Under the pieces are notes generated by a model, which saw nothing but the letters and a program-made list of their open reading frames with translations, searched no databases and was not told the origin of the DNA. Shown in pieces: positions 20,040 through 32,668 of a DNA stretch of 34,391 nt (positions are counted from its first letter, which is position 1; every line of letters begins with the position of its first letter). This DNA comes from Octopus sinensis (lineage: Eukaryota), in the NCBI RefSeq assembly GCF_006345805.1, contig NW_021831740.1:1-34391 (forward strand), written 5' to 3'. The translations under genes and the position numbers were made by a program.

Positions 20040-20830
20040 ATAACGTATAAGACAACGGTTTCCCTCCAAAAGTTAGCAAAAAGAAACTCCTTGATTTAGT
20101 TGATGGCTTCTGGAAAATAAAAGAGCATGGGTAAGATAAAGTGCAAGGGATAGTGTCTCCTTATTTTCGGAATACGTCAAGAAACTGGCAAGAGACGGAA
20201 GACAGCTCTGTTATTCTTACAATTATCATTAATCGTGTTCTTCAAATTGTTCAAAATATCGTAATTGTTCATATTTAGCACAACGCAATGCATGAATTAT
20301 AACTAATAAAATTGTTGACATTGACTTTTGGATCATCATCAATTTTCTTACACAGAACGAGCAGAACATAGGGCAAATCTGGAGCAGTGCACCACATTGT
20401 GTGCGCAGAAAGAATTGCCAAGAGATTGGTGAGGTCGAAAGCCAAGCTGCTACATTTGTGGCGGTGCGGGTAATTTGTAATTCTTCCTCCCAGAGGAGAT
20501 TGAAAGTTAGAGTATGGGAGAGGTATGCAGACAAAATATAAGAGGTGTTTTCATGGGTGGCCGCACCCGGATCAGTGAAAGACATAGCTTGTCCTTTGTT
20601 CCAGGAAAACGACCTGGAATTCAATAAGGATGTCAAGGACCAAGGGATCGAAGCTCCTATATAGCTGCGGTACCACCAACGCACTCTCTAATATGATCAG
20701 AAACCAGATTGAGTATGGATAAAAAAAAAAAACTCCCGTGGTTAGTAAAATAAAAGAAAACAAGTAAAAGGAAACCAATGAACCAAAGCAAAATACCTGT
20801 AAGACAAACGAAGAGGGATTCACACTATAA
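20040..20830 (+). mobile_element. Degenerate LINE ORF1 (gag-like) with two decayed CCHC zinc knuckles
   Basis: Plus strand gives GRKPSCYICGGAGNL (Cys at 20448), then KRCFH(C)GRT..VKDIACP (20546-20595) across frameshifts, followed by a Lys-rich segment. The minus-strand ORFs listed here are its antisense. Confidence 0.6.
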
Positions 20831-21282
20831 GATGACATGAAATTTACGGTCCAGCGGATAAACAGTGTAATCTTGGGGTTAATGTTGTCCGTTCTACAGT
20901 TTAGTAGTAGAAACTGAACCTGGATTTCAAGAACCATTTCATGATAGCATGATGTTGAAGATCACACTAATTATGTCACACAATAAAACAGGAATTTTCA
21001 AAGGACATTGGATGCTTTTTATCGTGTTTAATAGACAATGTTCTCGTATATCTTTGGGTACGGGTGGCAGAAGGAAAGAGTCGTTGGAGGCTTTATTTTT
21101 CTTTATTTCATTTTTCAAAAATAACTCGTACACACCTACAGAGACTGAAATGTGAAGGATTTCTCATTCTAGCTATAATCTTTTACTGCCTATTTGTTTT
21201 ATATGCACATGGTCCTTACAGTCTTTAAAAATCCTTTTCTAGCTATTTCCTTTTCTTTTCTGCCAACCTAAGGTGCAAAAGT

Positions 21283-21570
21283 TGTTTATTCCTTCTCGAG
21301 CCACGTCTGGCTCATAAGGGCCGGTTTCCCGGTTTCCTTGGCGTATAGGTTCTCCACCTGGACGGGACGCCGGTCCGTCGCAGGTGAGCTGCAAGATGCA
21401 GGAGGAAAGAGTGAGAGAAAGTTGAGGCGGAAGAGTCAGCAGAAGTTCGCCACTACCATCTGCCGGAGCCGCGTGGAACTTAGGTGCTTCGCTCATAAAC
21501 ACACACATCACCCGATCTGAGATTCTAACCCGCGATCCGTCGAACTAACCACTAGGCCATGTACCTCCAC
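21283..21570 (-). mobile_element. tRNA-derived SINE, family F: family A-like head/body with family E-like tail
   Basis: Body GAAAGAGTGAGAGAAAGTTG is shared with family A. Tail GGGCCGGTTTCCCGGTTTC...CTGGACGGGACGCC is shared with 19716-19962. Probable 13-bp TSD at 21270-21282 and 21571-21583 (2 mismatches). Confidence 0.82.
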
Positions 21571-21803
21571 AGGGTGCAAGAGTGTATCATTAAAAAAGAA
21601 GACGTTCTGAAAAACCATGGTTCAACTGTCACATGATTAAACAGTCATTCTTCTACATCTAACAAACCTGGCAAAGAGTATGTCTATGGTTCACAATAAC
21701 ATAGTTGATAGTATTCAAGTGACTTGGAAATGGAAACTTCCAAACAGATTCGTAGTTGTCCTTCTGCCTCAACCATATATTAACCTCCGTTAGATCAAAT
21801 TCA

Positions 21804-22195
21804 TGCGCAGGTATGGATGGGTTGGTTAAGAAGCTCACTTTGCATTCATTTGCTTTCAGGTTCACTCTTACTAAGTAGCACTTCGGTAAAGAGTCTTCTA
21901 CTATAGCCATAGGCCAACTAATACCTTGTATGGGAATTTCGTAAACGGAAACTGTATGGAAGTCCGTCTCTGTATATATGTGTGTGTATGTATGTGTGTG
22001 AATGTATGTATGTGTGTGTGTCTACCTCACAACTTACCAACAGGTAATGGTTTGAATACGATCTTTTAGCATAAGAGAACGATAGAATGGGTACCAAATT
22101 TGAAAAAGGACTGGGGTCAGTTTGACTAAAACCTTCAATGTGGGGCACCAGCTTGACCTCAGTTCAATGACAGAAATAAAATAAAATAAATAAAA
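21804..22195 (+). mobile_element. Old, diverged family B-like SINE
   Basis: GTCTTCTACTATAGCC, ACGGAAACTG, a central TG microsatellite and an A-rich tail, in family B order. Confidence 0.72.
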
Positions 22196-22670
22196 GAGGT
22201 AAGAAGGTAAATGTAGAAGAAGAAAACTATTGTTATTACTGCTTCGAATTCTTTAATGACTTACAGAAGCACACGTATCATAATTATCTAATATTCTTCC
22301 ATACAGATATCCCATCAGTTCAAATATGAAGATTTTTATCCATACTTTCCAAAACAAATCTGGGATCTGCATAGAATTTTTCAGTTTTATCGTGTTGACT
22401 GACTAGAGATGGGATATTCACACTAATGAAACACATAATGTCTCTTCGTTTACCATATCGGAATGGCAATAATAGCATGATAAACATTTGGCAACCAGAT
22501 GCCCATACATGTAAATATAAATTTTTAAGTGCACGAATTTTAAAATTCTAAAATTTTGTGCAGATTAGATATTAATGCAGGTGTGAATATCAATTTTCCC
22601 CGAAAGTCGAATCCAAGGGAGATAATCAGTCAAAAGTCCGTTCCTCTTGGTGTTTTGCATTTTTGTTTAC

Positions 22671-22791
22671 CAAAATTCTCGCATGATTTTATTGTTACTT
22701 TCCGTGACTTTTCGTGTTTTGATCACCGATGTTTCTATGTGATAGGTTTCATAAATGTCGTGGTATTCCTTGGCATGAAACCAACGGTAGC
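22671..22791 (-). other. Candidate 121-nt internal coding exon, gene unidentified
   Basis: Minus strand has CTTTATTTGTATGTTAAG| acceptor and TG|GTAAAC donor. One frame is open: xYRWFHAKEYHDIYETYHIETSVIKTRKVTESNNKIMREF(W/C). Confidence 0.3.
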
Positions 22792-23184
22792 CTTAACATA
22801 CAAATAAAGTGTGTGTGTGTGTATAAACATATATATCAGGTATATTCTTCGCCAACTTCCCTTCTGCACTTCATTCAATAGATCCACTGCTACTCAATCG
22901 CTCTCTAACCCTCTGTTACTATCCCCTCACATTTTTAATAAAAAACTATCTCTTCTCTCTCCCCACTGTTCCACTGATCATGTTCGTTCTTATGCTCACC
23001 TACCCTGAGAATTTGCTCTGACACACTATCACTCCCATTTTTTCTTCCTTATCTTCATCTCCCCAATTACTACTACTAACCCTTATCTCAGCACCTGGCA
23101 TAAAGTTAACTACTGCTCTCTAATAATCCACCCCACTTAAGTATGTGGATTTTAATACTTTCTTGTTGTATTCTGTCTTGCAAC

Positions 23185-23364
23185 TTGGTGACCTCACTAG
23201 TGCTGGTTGCACAAAAAAAAGCATCCAGCACTCACTGTATTAAGAAGACCATCATGCTGTAGAAAACATGCCAAGGCAGAGAATGGAGTTTGATGCAGTC
23301 CTGCAGCTTGCTATATCGGTGTTAAGCAACCCGACCCATGCCAGCTTGGAAAGCAGACGTTGAC

Positions 23365-23401
<37 letters not shown>
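23185..23401 (+). mobile_element. Retroposon 3' tail ending in (GAT)n
   Basis: AGCATCCAGC...GTAGAAAACATGCC...ACCCATGCCAGCTTGGAAAGCAGACGTTGAC followed by (TGA)12 (23365-23401), a typical LINE/SINE 3' end architecture. Confidence 0.55.
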
Positions 23402-23403
<2 letters not shown>

Positions 23404-23879
23404 GTCACAAAAATATTTCAAGCATATTCAGGATTAGATAGTCATCTGATTATCCATGACAGAAATACTAAGAAACCTGTTTGAGGTATATACCTGCAAA
23501 AAGAAAGCTGTTATGCTCAAAATGGAGTTGACAACCACTTCATGTATATATGTATATATAACTATATACATACACACAAAAACACACGCATGCGTACATT
23601 TACATACATATACACACGTACACATATATATATATATATATCAATATGAACCTGTGCCCCGGTGCGTATGTATAAAGGTTAAAGACTAAAGAAACAAAAG
23701 TGGCCCTTAGTATGTTAATGATTTATTTCCAGAATAAACTTTTAAAAATACATATTTAAAAAAAAGCAACAACATAAACTCACCAAAAAAACGTACAGTT
23801 TATTTTTTGGGACTATATGTGCTGCCTGATTTACAACTTGTTTTTTTTTCTTTTCAGTACTAAACTTATATATCAAATA

Positions 23880-24307
23880 TCTAAATGTATGCATGTATGC
23901 ATATATATATATACAAATATATACATATATGTACATATACATATATATATGAGTATATAAATATATATATATACATATGAGTATATATTTATATTTATAC
24001 ATATAAATATATACACATATACAAGTATATACATATATGGATTATATATATATATATACACATATATGCATATACATATATATATATATATATATATAGA
24101 TATATATATATATATATATGTACATGTATCTATATTTATGTACATATATACACATATATATATACATATGTACATATATATATATATTTATATGTATATA
24201 TATATATTTACATATATACATGTATATATATATGTACAATTATATATACATATATATATATATACATATACATATATATATATATATGTGTGTGTGTATA
24301 TAAACTT

Positions 24308-24348
<41 letters not shown>

Positions 24349-24372
24349 ATATATGTATAAATTTCATATATG
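23880..24372. repeat. Long degenerate (TA/CA)n tract
   Basis: Seen directly. Confidence 0.95.
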
Positions 24373-25059
24373 AAAACATAATTTTAGACCTTGCTGTATG
24401 GGAAATTTGGGATTAAAGTTTTTTTTAAAAAAAAACTAAATTTAAAGAGGGATCATGCCCAGTAACTGATATATTGTGAGATTTTACCTTGCTTATGGTC
24501 TCAAAAGTTTCAGCAAAGCACAAGCATGCTCACTCATCAAAAGTTTTAAACAACTATATCAAATTTCTCACAGAAATCCTATGTAAATATAGATTTGACT
24601 ATAAACAAAGGATGATAATTATGGGTGATACCTTACAGCAAATAAATTTCATATGTGAAAATATATTTAGTTTTAATCTTGCAGTATATGTTATGAACAT
24701 TCTTGCTATGATTTTTATTGTAAGTTTCCGTTGCTATAAAATAGAGCCTGTCTTTTAGAAAAAAATTAAGACAGTGCTCCTTTGATGTTGTTTACTTAAG
24801 TTTCTGCGTGTCTCTATCTCTAGTATTATATATGCATTTATGAATGTGTATGTTCATATTTAAGTGTGTGTATGTGTATTTATTTGTATGAGCATATAGA
24901 TTCATTATTTTAGTATGTATATATTTTTGTTTTCAACAACGTAAAGAATAATATTTAATAACAAAGTAACAAGATTCTTTTGTAGTATTTTAAACAATGT
25001 CAAGTAACTGATGCTTTTTTCCCCTCTGCTTTTATGCAGAAAAGTGTGCCTCAATCCTC

Positions 25060-25710
25060 AAGTTTTCATACATTCATACATACATTCATTCATAGATTCA
25101 TTCATACATGCATACATACATACATGCATACATATGCATATATATGTGTGTGTGTATTTATGTACATATATATCTACATATATGTATAACCATAAACTTG
25201 TACACACACATGCACATACAATCATATGTACATATATGCATATATTTATACATATATATATATACATATATACATCTATGTATATATATATGCTTACATA
25301 TATATATGTATATATATACATATACATATATATATATTCACATATATATATATATATATGTATATATGTATATATATATACATATATATACTTATACATA
25401 TGTATATATATACATATACATATATATATATTCACATATATATATATATATATGTATATATGTATATATATATACATATATATACTTATACATATGTATA
25501 TATATATACATATATATATATATACTTATATATACTAATATATATATACACACATATATATATACATATATATACATATATATACATATATATAATATAT
25601 ATATATACATATCTACATATATATATATATATATACATATATTATATATACATACATATATACATACATATATATATACATGCATATATACACACACACA
25701 TATATATATA
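25060..25710. repeat. Long degenerate (TA/CA)n tract with an internal 94-bp duplication
   Basis: Seen directly; the ATTCAC and CTTATAC markers recur with a 94-bp period. Confidence 0.95.
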
Positions 25711-25956
25711 GACCCTAGCAAATTTGCAATTGAGTGTGATTTGGTATCTTTATGCACCCTGCCTCTCACTAATAATCTCAATTGCCTGTATAGTCATGGG
25801 CTGAGACTGACTCTGTTTTAATTCTTCTACCTTTTATCCTTCAATGACAAAAGGTAATATTGATCTTGGCAGGGGTTGAACCCAGGATGTAAAGAGACAC
25901 TTCAAATATTGCTAGGCATTTTGTCTGATGTTCCAATGATAAAACTAATACACCAC

Positions 25957-25959
<3 letters not shown>

Positions 25960-25997
<38 letters not shown>

Positions 25998-26000
25998 TAT

Positions 26001-26049
<49 letters not shown>

Positions 26050-26240
26050 TATATGTGTATGTATAAGTATATGTATATGTGTTTGTGTATATATATACAC
26101 ACACACATATATATACTTATACATACACGTGTGTGTGTATATATATATGCACATACATATGCGTAGGTGGGTGAGAGTATGTGTGTGTATATATATAAGT
26201 GTATATATGTATATGTAGGTATGTATAGGCATGTGTCTGT
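25960..26240. repeat. (TA)n/(CA)n/(TG)n compound tract
   Basis: Seen directly. Confidence 0.93.
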
Positions 26241-27579
26241 GTGCATGAATTTTAAGTTAAATATAGATGTGTACAATTACTCAGGTATATGCATGCCGGC
26301 ACCTGTTGTGTATGCATATCTGTTTGTATGTGTGTGTGTGTGTGTGTGTACTTATGTCTGCCTTGATGTTTGTATATGGTTTCATTACATTACAAAAATG
26401 TTTGCTTAGCAATATTTTTCTGTGCAGTACTAGCTTAATGAAAAATCTATGAGATTTCAGAGGATGATATCATGTGCTATTACAAAGAGTTACTTCTTAG
26501 ATGGTGATTTTTATGCAAGACAAAATAATCCAATGTTAAATGGAAATGAGGTTCTGTATGCCATAGTAGTTTGAGCTGAGACAGTGTACATCTAGACTGA
26601 TTATATGAGGGTATAGCAGGAACTGTATTGGTGTGTAAGTTCGTATATGAATGCACATATCATTCTCTCTTGTGTATCATATCTGTGTAAATAGAGCCTG
26701 GCTAGAAAGATTTATAATGCACAGGCAAACATTTTTTCAGAGTAGCCAAGTTTATTTATAAATATACGTGAGCGTGTGTGTGTGTGTGTATGTCTATATT
26801 TCAGAGTATGTGAAATGAATATAGTTATGTGTGTGTATGTATGTGTGAATGTTTGTGTGTCATTTATACCTGTATGTGTATTGTTATATTAATTGAAATA
26901 ATAAATGCAAATATATGCATGTCAATATAGCTAGGACAGAATATTGTGTACAGTAGAAGAAAACCTTGATTAGAGTCAGTAGGCATATATATATTTATAT
27001 ATTTGTGTGTGTGTATATGTGTGTGTGCACGTGTGCACGTAGTGTATATGAATTTAAATATAGACTCTATAACATCTCAATAAGTGTCTGAATGTATGTT
27101 TCTATGTATATACATATGTATGTAAGTATATATGTATATATGTTTATTTTTCATGTATAAAACGTATGTATTACCTATCTTTTGTCCTATTCATAGAAAA
27201 TAATTTTTCTACTTGTGTCTTGATTTGATTTAATTATCAGCTTATATTTTCAATATTAAATTATTGTATTTTCACCTATTTCTAAGACATTCTCCAGAAT
27301 CATTAAAAGAATAAACTGAAAAATCAAAAACCAAAAAAATAAAAATAATAAAAAATAAAGAAAAATTATAATAAAAAGAGAAAAAAAATTAAAGTAAAAA
27401 TTATTAAGTCCCAGTTTGATCATGTCACTTCCACCATTCCATAGATTCCCAGTTGTTCCTTTCAATGGTATTATTCCACGGATTTTCATCAAATATTCAA
27501 AATATTATTGCAAACAGATTCTTGCTGGGCTGAACCAGGTTTTAATCTTTTAACAACTAATACACATTCTCATTATAGT

Positions 27580-27953
27580 TAGTGTATATATATATATATA
27601 TATATATGCATATATATATATATATACGTATACACACACACACATATGTACATATGCTTGCTAGCATTTATACATAATTACATATATTCACACATATATG
27701 TATATCATATTTAATATATATAATATATATTTATATTCATACACACACACATACATATATGTGTATATATGTATATGCAATATATGTTTGTTTGTACATG
27801 TGTGTGAGTATATATATCTAATGTATATATATATAGACATATGTGTGTGTGTGTGCTTGTGTGTATATATATATAATCATGTATAGATATATATATATAT
27901 ACACTATATATATATATACATACATACATATATATGCATATATATATGCATAT

Positions 27954-27985
<32 letters not shown>

Positions 27986-28045
27986 GCACATATATATATG
28001 TAAATATATATATATATATATATACACACATAGATATATATAAAC
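27580..28045. repeat. (TA)n/(CA)n/(TG)n compound tract
   Basis: Seen directly. Confidence 0.93.
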
Positions 28046-28799
28046 ATGCATGAACAGTGATGATGTCTTTATTCAATTTTCTTATGTGTACATGTATCTG
28101 TAAACAGACAGTCTTTGATTTTGGAGAAAATGAAAACCATTGACTTTCTTTTGTATTACAGCATATACAGATAATTTTAGTCAAAACAATCTATACATGT
28201 GAATGAGTATAAAGGACCAAATGTGTATTGCATGTACCTACACGCTCACACATGCAGAGTGGCTTTTGCCTCTATGTTCACCGATGGATACATTGGTGCC
28301 AATGCCTCCATGAGTGTGAGTATGTGCACATGTGTGTATGTATGTATATATTTGTATATTAGTGTTTGTTGCTTTGTCGAGATATAATAAAGACAATTTT
28401 ACATTAAATTGGAAAATTACTCAATACATTCTGTGGAGTACATATTTATTATTCTTTTACAAGAATACTGTTGACAGTGAGCTTTACCAAGCCAAGAATT
28501 TACTATCAACACTATTCTTGCCAAAGAATACTATATAATAATATAATAGTATATATAAATGAAATATAATATGTGTGTATATCAGTGTGTATATCAGTGT
28601 GTATGCTTTGGGTTGTATCTGTCCCCATATGTTTATATCCAGTGATGTATGAATACATAAATGTGTGTGTGTGTATGTGTGTGTATATATATTCACATCT
28701 ATATGTCTGTAAGTGTATGTCCCTGTGTATACATATGCAGCTGGTGTAATTAAAAACGTACAAAAATGTTTGAATTAATATATGTATAATATACATAAA

Positions 28800-28848
28800 T
28801 ATATGCATATATGTGTGTGAGTGTGTGTGTGTCTGTATATATATATAT

Positions 28849-28901
<53 letters not shown>

Positions 28902-28935
28902 ATATATAAACATACAGACATACTTACATACATAC

Positions 28936-28966
<31 letters not shown>

Positions 28967-29289
28967 CATGCATGCATATATTGATAGATACAGATATAGA
29001 TATATAGATGTGTGTATATTCATATATGTGTGTGTGTGTGTGTGGAAGTCCATGTGTCTGAGTGTGTGTGTGTGTGACTATGTATCAATACTTGATTTTT
29101 ACAGCATATGTTCTCAAGGCATCTCTGCATATGTTAGTGTGTTTGTGTATGTGTGTGTATATATGTATATATATATATACACATACACATGCATATATAC
29201 ATACATGCAAAATAAACATGATGAAAATTTTCTCCATGCTAATGTGTCCCACTTCTAAAAAGACAATGTTCTATTAACAATGTGTGTGT

Positions 29290-29327
<38 letters not shown>

Positions 29328-29395
29328 GCATATTATATATACATACATACATATATAATATATATATAATATATATATAATATATATATATATAT
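28800..29395. repeat. (TA)n/(TG)n compound tracts
   Basis: Seen directly. Confidence 0.9.
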
Positions 29396-29704
29396 TGTTT
29401 TTTAAATTTTTTTTTATTATTGTCAATATTCAGTATAATTTCTAAAAAATAGTCTTGGTAATGTTTCTGGTTGAAGAATTTTTTTTCTTTTTTCAATAAT
29501 TGTTTTATTTATTTTTTGTTTTTCCTTTTTTCTTTTTTTTTTTTATAACCATAGATGAGAGTTCCAAAAAATGACATAAGATTTTTGAGAAATGCCACAG
29601 AATTTATCCACATCTATATAGTGCCATACTGAAAAACAATCTCACCAAAAAAAAAGGTTCTTTTAACAACTAACCTGTCTCTGAAGGCAAATCGGCGAAT
29701 ATTA

Positions 29705-29750
29705 TTTCAATTTATTATTATTATTATTATCATTATTATTATCATTATTA

Positions 29751-29783
<33 letters not shown>

Positions 29784-29792
29784 CATTATTTC
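29705..29792. repeat. (ATT/ATC)n microsatellite
   Basis: Seen directly. Confidence 0.93.
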
Positions 29793-29943
29793 TTAAAATT
29801 TTTTGTTGTTGCTTCTGTTGTTGTTGTTGCTGTTTCTTTAGTTTTTGTCCTAAATTTGTTGTTATTCATATGTTGACACATCCATATACAACTTATTAAA
29901 ACATGTATTTATATATTTGTGTATATAATTATACATATATGCA

Positions 29944-29984
<41 letters not shown>

Positions 29985-30606
29985 TTTGTCTAAGGTTGTT
30001 ACAATTTAAAAATGATTTTCTTTTCTTTTTGCTTTACAATGTTAATTAATCATTTAAATTAATTAATGATGATTGGTTGATTGATTGATTGATTTGATTG
30101 GTTGGTTGGTTGGTTAATTATTTTTTCCTTTTTATCATTTCATTTCTTTCTTTCCAGAATTATTTTCTTTCTTTCTTCCTTTCTTTCTTTCTTTCTTACC
30201 TTCTTTCTCACTAAAAAAAAAATCTTTTAAATTTTAGTATAGTATTTTTCAAATGTTTTTTTGTTTTTCCTTTTTCAACATTGCCTACATCACAGAATTT
30301 TGTGTTTGTATTTTTTAAATGTTTTTATTGTTGTTGTTGTTTTTGTTGTTGTTGCTGCTGCTGCTGCTGTTGTTATAGTGGGCTTTCAAATATTGTCTGT
30401 AGATATATTTTTTTTTCCTTTCCATCAATGTTTAGTGTTGTTTTTCAATTGGTTTTATTTCATTTGCATGAAGAAAACTTGTGTATGATTTGCACAGGTA
30501 TGTAACTGAATGTGCTTAAATTTATGATTTTTTTTTGTTGTTTTTTGTGTGAATCAAATCCCTCACGTCCTCATGTCTGTGTAATCACCTGTATGACTGT
30601 CAGTGC

Positions 30607-30637
<31 letters not shown>

Positions 30638-31454
30638 TTTATTTATTTGTTGCTGTTATTGTAATTATTGTTATTTTTGAAATTCAAAAAAAAAAAAATT
30701 GGGGGAAGGTTAGGTCTTTTTCTTTTCATTATTTTTTAAAATTTACCTTATATATATTTTCAAAAAAGCGAGGCAGTCAGTTTTGTAGTTCATACAGAAA
30801 ATAAGTATTCTGAATGAGACGTGAAGTGATTATAAAATTGAATATCTTTCAAACAATGAAGTTTCAGTTTTAATTTAGTATTTTGGCTGAATTTATATTC
30901 TTTTATTATTAAATCTTTTTTTTTTTTTCATGTAATCTTGTTTATTTTTTCTTTTCTGTTTTCCTTGGTCACTCTGTGTCTTTCTCTTCTCCTGTAGCGT
31001 TTTCTCTCCTTACTTTGTCGTTTTTCTCTCTCTCTTCTTCAACAACAAAGAAAATTTCCAGAAAAAAAGTAAAGAAAAAATTTGTGTGTTCCAGTATATA
31101 TTTATATATGATTTATATTACACACATTCTTTTTCCTCATCTTTATCATTTTCTTTCCATCACACACACACACATATATATATATATTCATTTATATATA
31201 TATATATGTACTTAGGTATATTTTTCCATTTTACTTTTGGTTTATGAAACTCTGTTATTCTTTCTTCATTTCATTGGTTGTTATATTAACTCACCAATTT
31301 TGAAACAGCTTTCATGGAAAGCTGTTCTTTAAAATTTTTAAAAAGATTTTTTTCTTTTGCACACCGGCAGTCTAATAGTAGTAGTAATAATAATAATAAA
31401 AAAACAACAACATAGCCCACGCCAATTTTGTTAAAAATTTCCATTCATTTGATG

Positions 31455-31558
31455 TTAATGAACGATGAATTGACAAGTGCTTAGTCCAAAAGCTAACACC
31501 AATGTAAAGGTTAAAGCTTGTCGGAAGCTGTCTTGACCACTCGCAGATTGAGCTGTAC
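31455..31558 (-). CDS. Terminal coding exon of a probable GPI-anchored protein; upstream exons not identified
   Basis: Strong acceptor TTTTCATCTATTTTTTCTTGTTTATTTCAG| ending at 31559. The exon reads (G)TAQSASGQDSFRQALTFTLVLAFGLSTCQFIVH*: small residues, a polar spacer and a hydrophobic C-terminal tail ending at TAA 31457-31455. Confidence 0.7.
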
Positions 31559-31789
31559 CTGAAATAAACAAGAAAAAATAGATGAAAATTATGGATAAAA
31601 TAATTATAGGTAAAAAGGGTTTTAACTTACGTATTTGGGATATAGAGACAAAGACAAAAGTAAAGAAGAAAGGAATTTTTATTTTATATAGTGACATATT
31701 AGGAAAGAATCTCACCAAGACATTCCTTATATTGCAAAATTACAAGAAGGTGCTTTAATTGTGACTTTAGAAGAAAGAGGGGAAGGTGA

Positions 31790-32192
31790 TGGAGGAGAAG
31801 AAGAAGAAGAAGAAGGAGAAGATGAAGAGGAGGAAGGGGAAGAGGATGAAGAAGAAGAAAAAGCAGAAGAGGAAAAAGAAGAAGAAGAGGAGGTGGAGGA
31901 GAAGAGGAAGAAGAAGGAGAAGAAGAAGAAGAACAACAACAACAAGGAGGAAAAGAAGAAGAAGAAGGAGGAGGAGGAAGAGCAGAAGAAGAAGTAGAAG
32001 GAGAAGAAGAAGAAGGAGGAGAAGAAGAAGAAGAAGAAGGAGGAGGAGGAGGAGCAGCAGAAGAAGAAGTAGAAGAAGAAGAAGAAGTAGAAGTAGAAGA
32101 AGAAGAAGGAAAAGAAGGAGAAGAAGAAGAAGAAGGAGGAGGAGGAGGAGGAGCAGAAGAAGAAGGAGGAGACAAAGAAGATGAAGAAGAAC
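31790..32192. repeat. Polypurine (GAA/GAG)n tract, ~400 bp
   Basis: Seen directly; source of the poly-L/R/S/E ORFs. Confidence 0.95.
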
Positions 32193-32582
32193 TAGCACTA
32201 AAAAAGAAATAGTAAACAGGGAGGCACGAAACAAAAGAAGCAAAGGAAAATATGATGTTATGTTAATTATATTAAGTTATGTTAATTATGCTGATGGTAG
32301 GATGTTTCCCCAGTTGTCTTTTGGAGATGAAATGGTGTAATATGCTTGAGATTTGGCTGCTGTTTCTAGCAGATTTATTTATTACATAGAGTTTCTTTCT
32401 GTCGTAAGCCATTGTAAGCATGTAAAATTGTTCATTATTTCTAATTGATATTGTAGAGTTGAGTAGAAATGGTCACATGGGGTTGATGTGCTTTTATCAA
32501 GAGAAGGAATATACAAGTGCTGAACCAAATATTATCATTTATCTTTTACATGCTTTTGTCACTGGACTGCAGTATACATACA

Positions 32583-32615
<33 letters not shown>

Positions 32616-32668
32616 GACCGAACGCATGCGTTGATTCTCTTTTCCAATTAAGTTTTTTTTTATATATA

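Noticed and set aside
20229-20937. 151- and 121-aa minus-strand ORFs, one looking like a membrane protein
   Set aside because: Better explained as the antisense of a Lys-rich, knuckle-containing LINE ORF1 relic on the plus strand.
27256-27545. 78-aa minus-strand ORF and nearby AG/GT sites
   Set aside because: All frames downstream of the plausible acceptors hit stops quickly, and the ORF tail is a T-rich low-complexity run.
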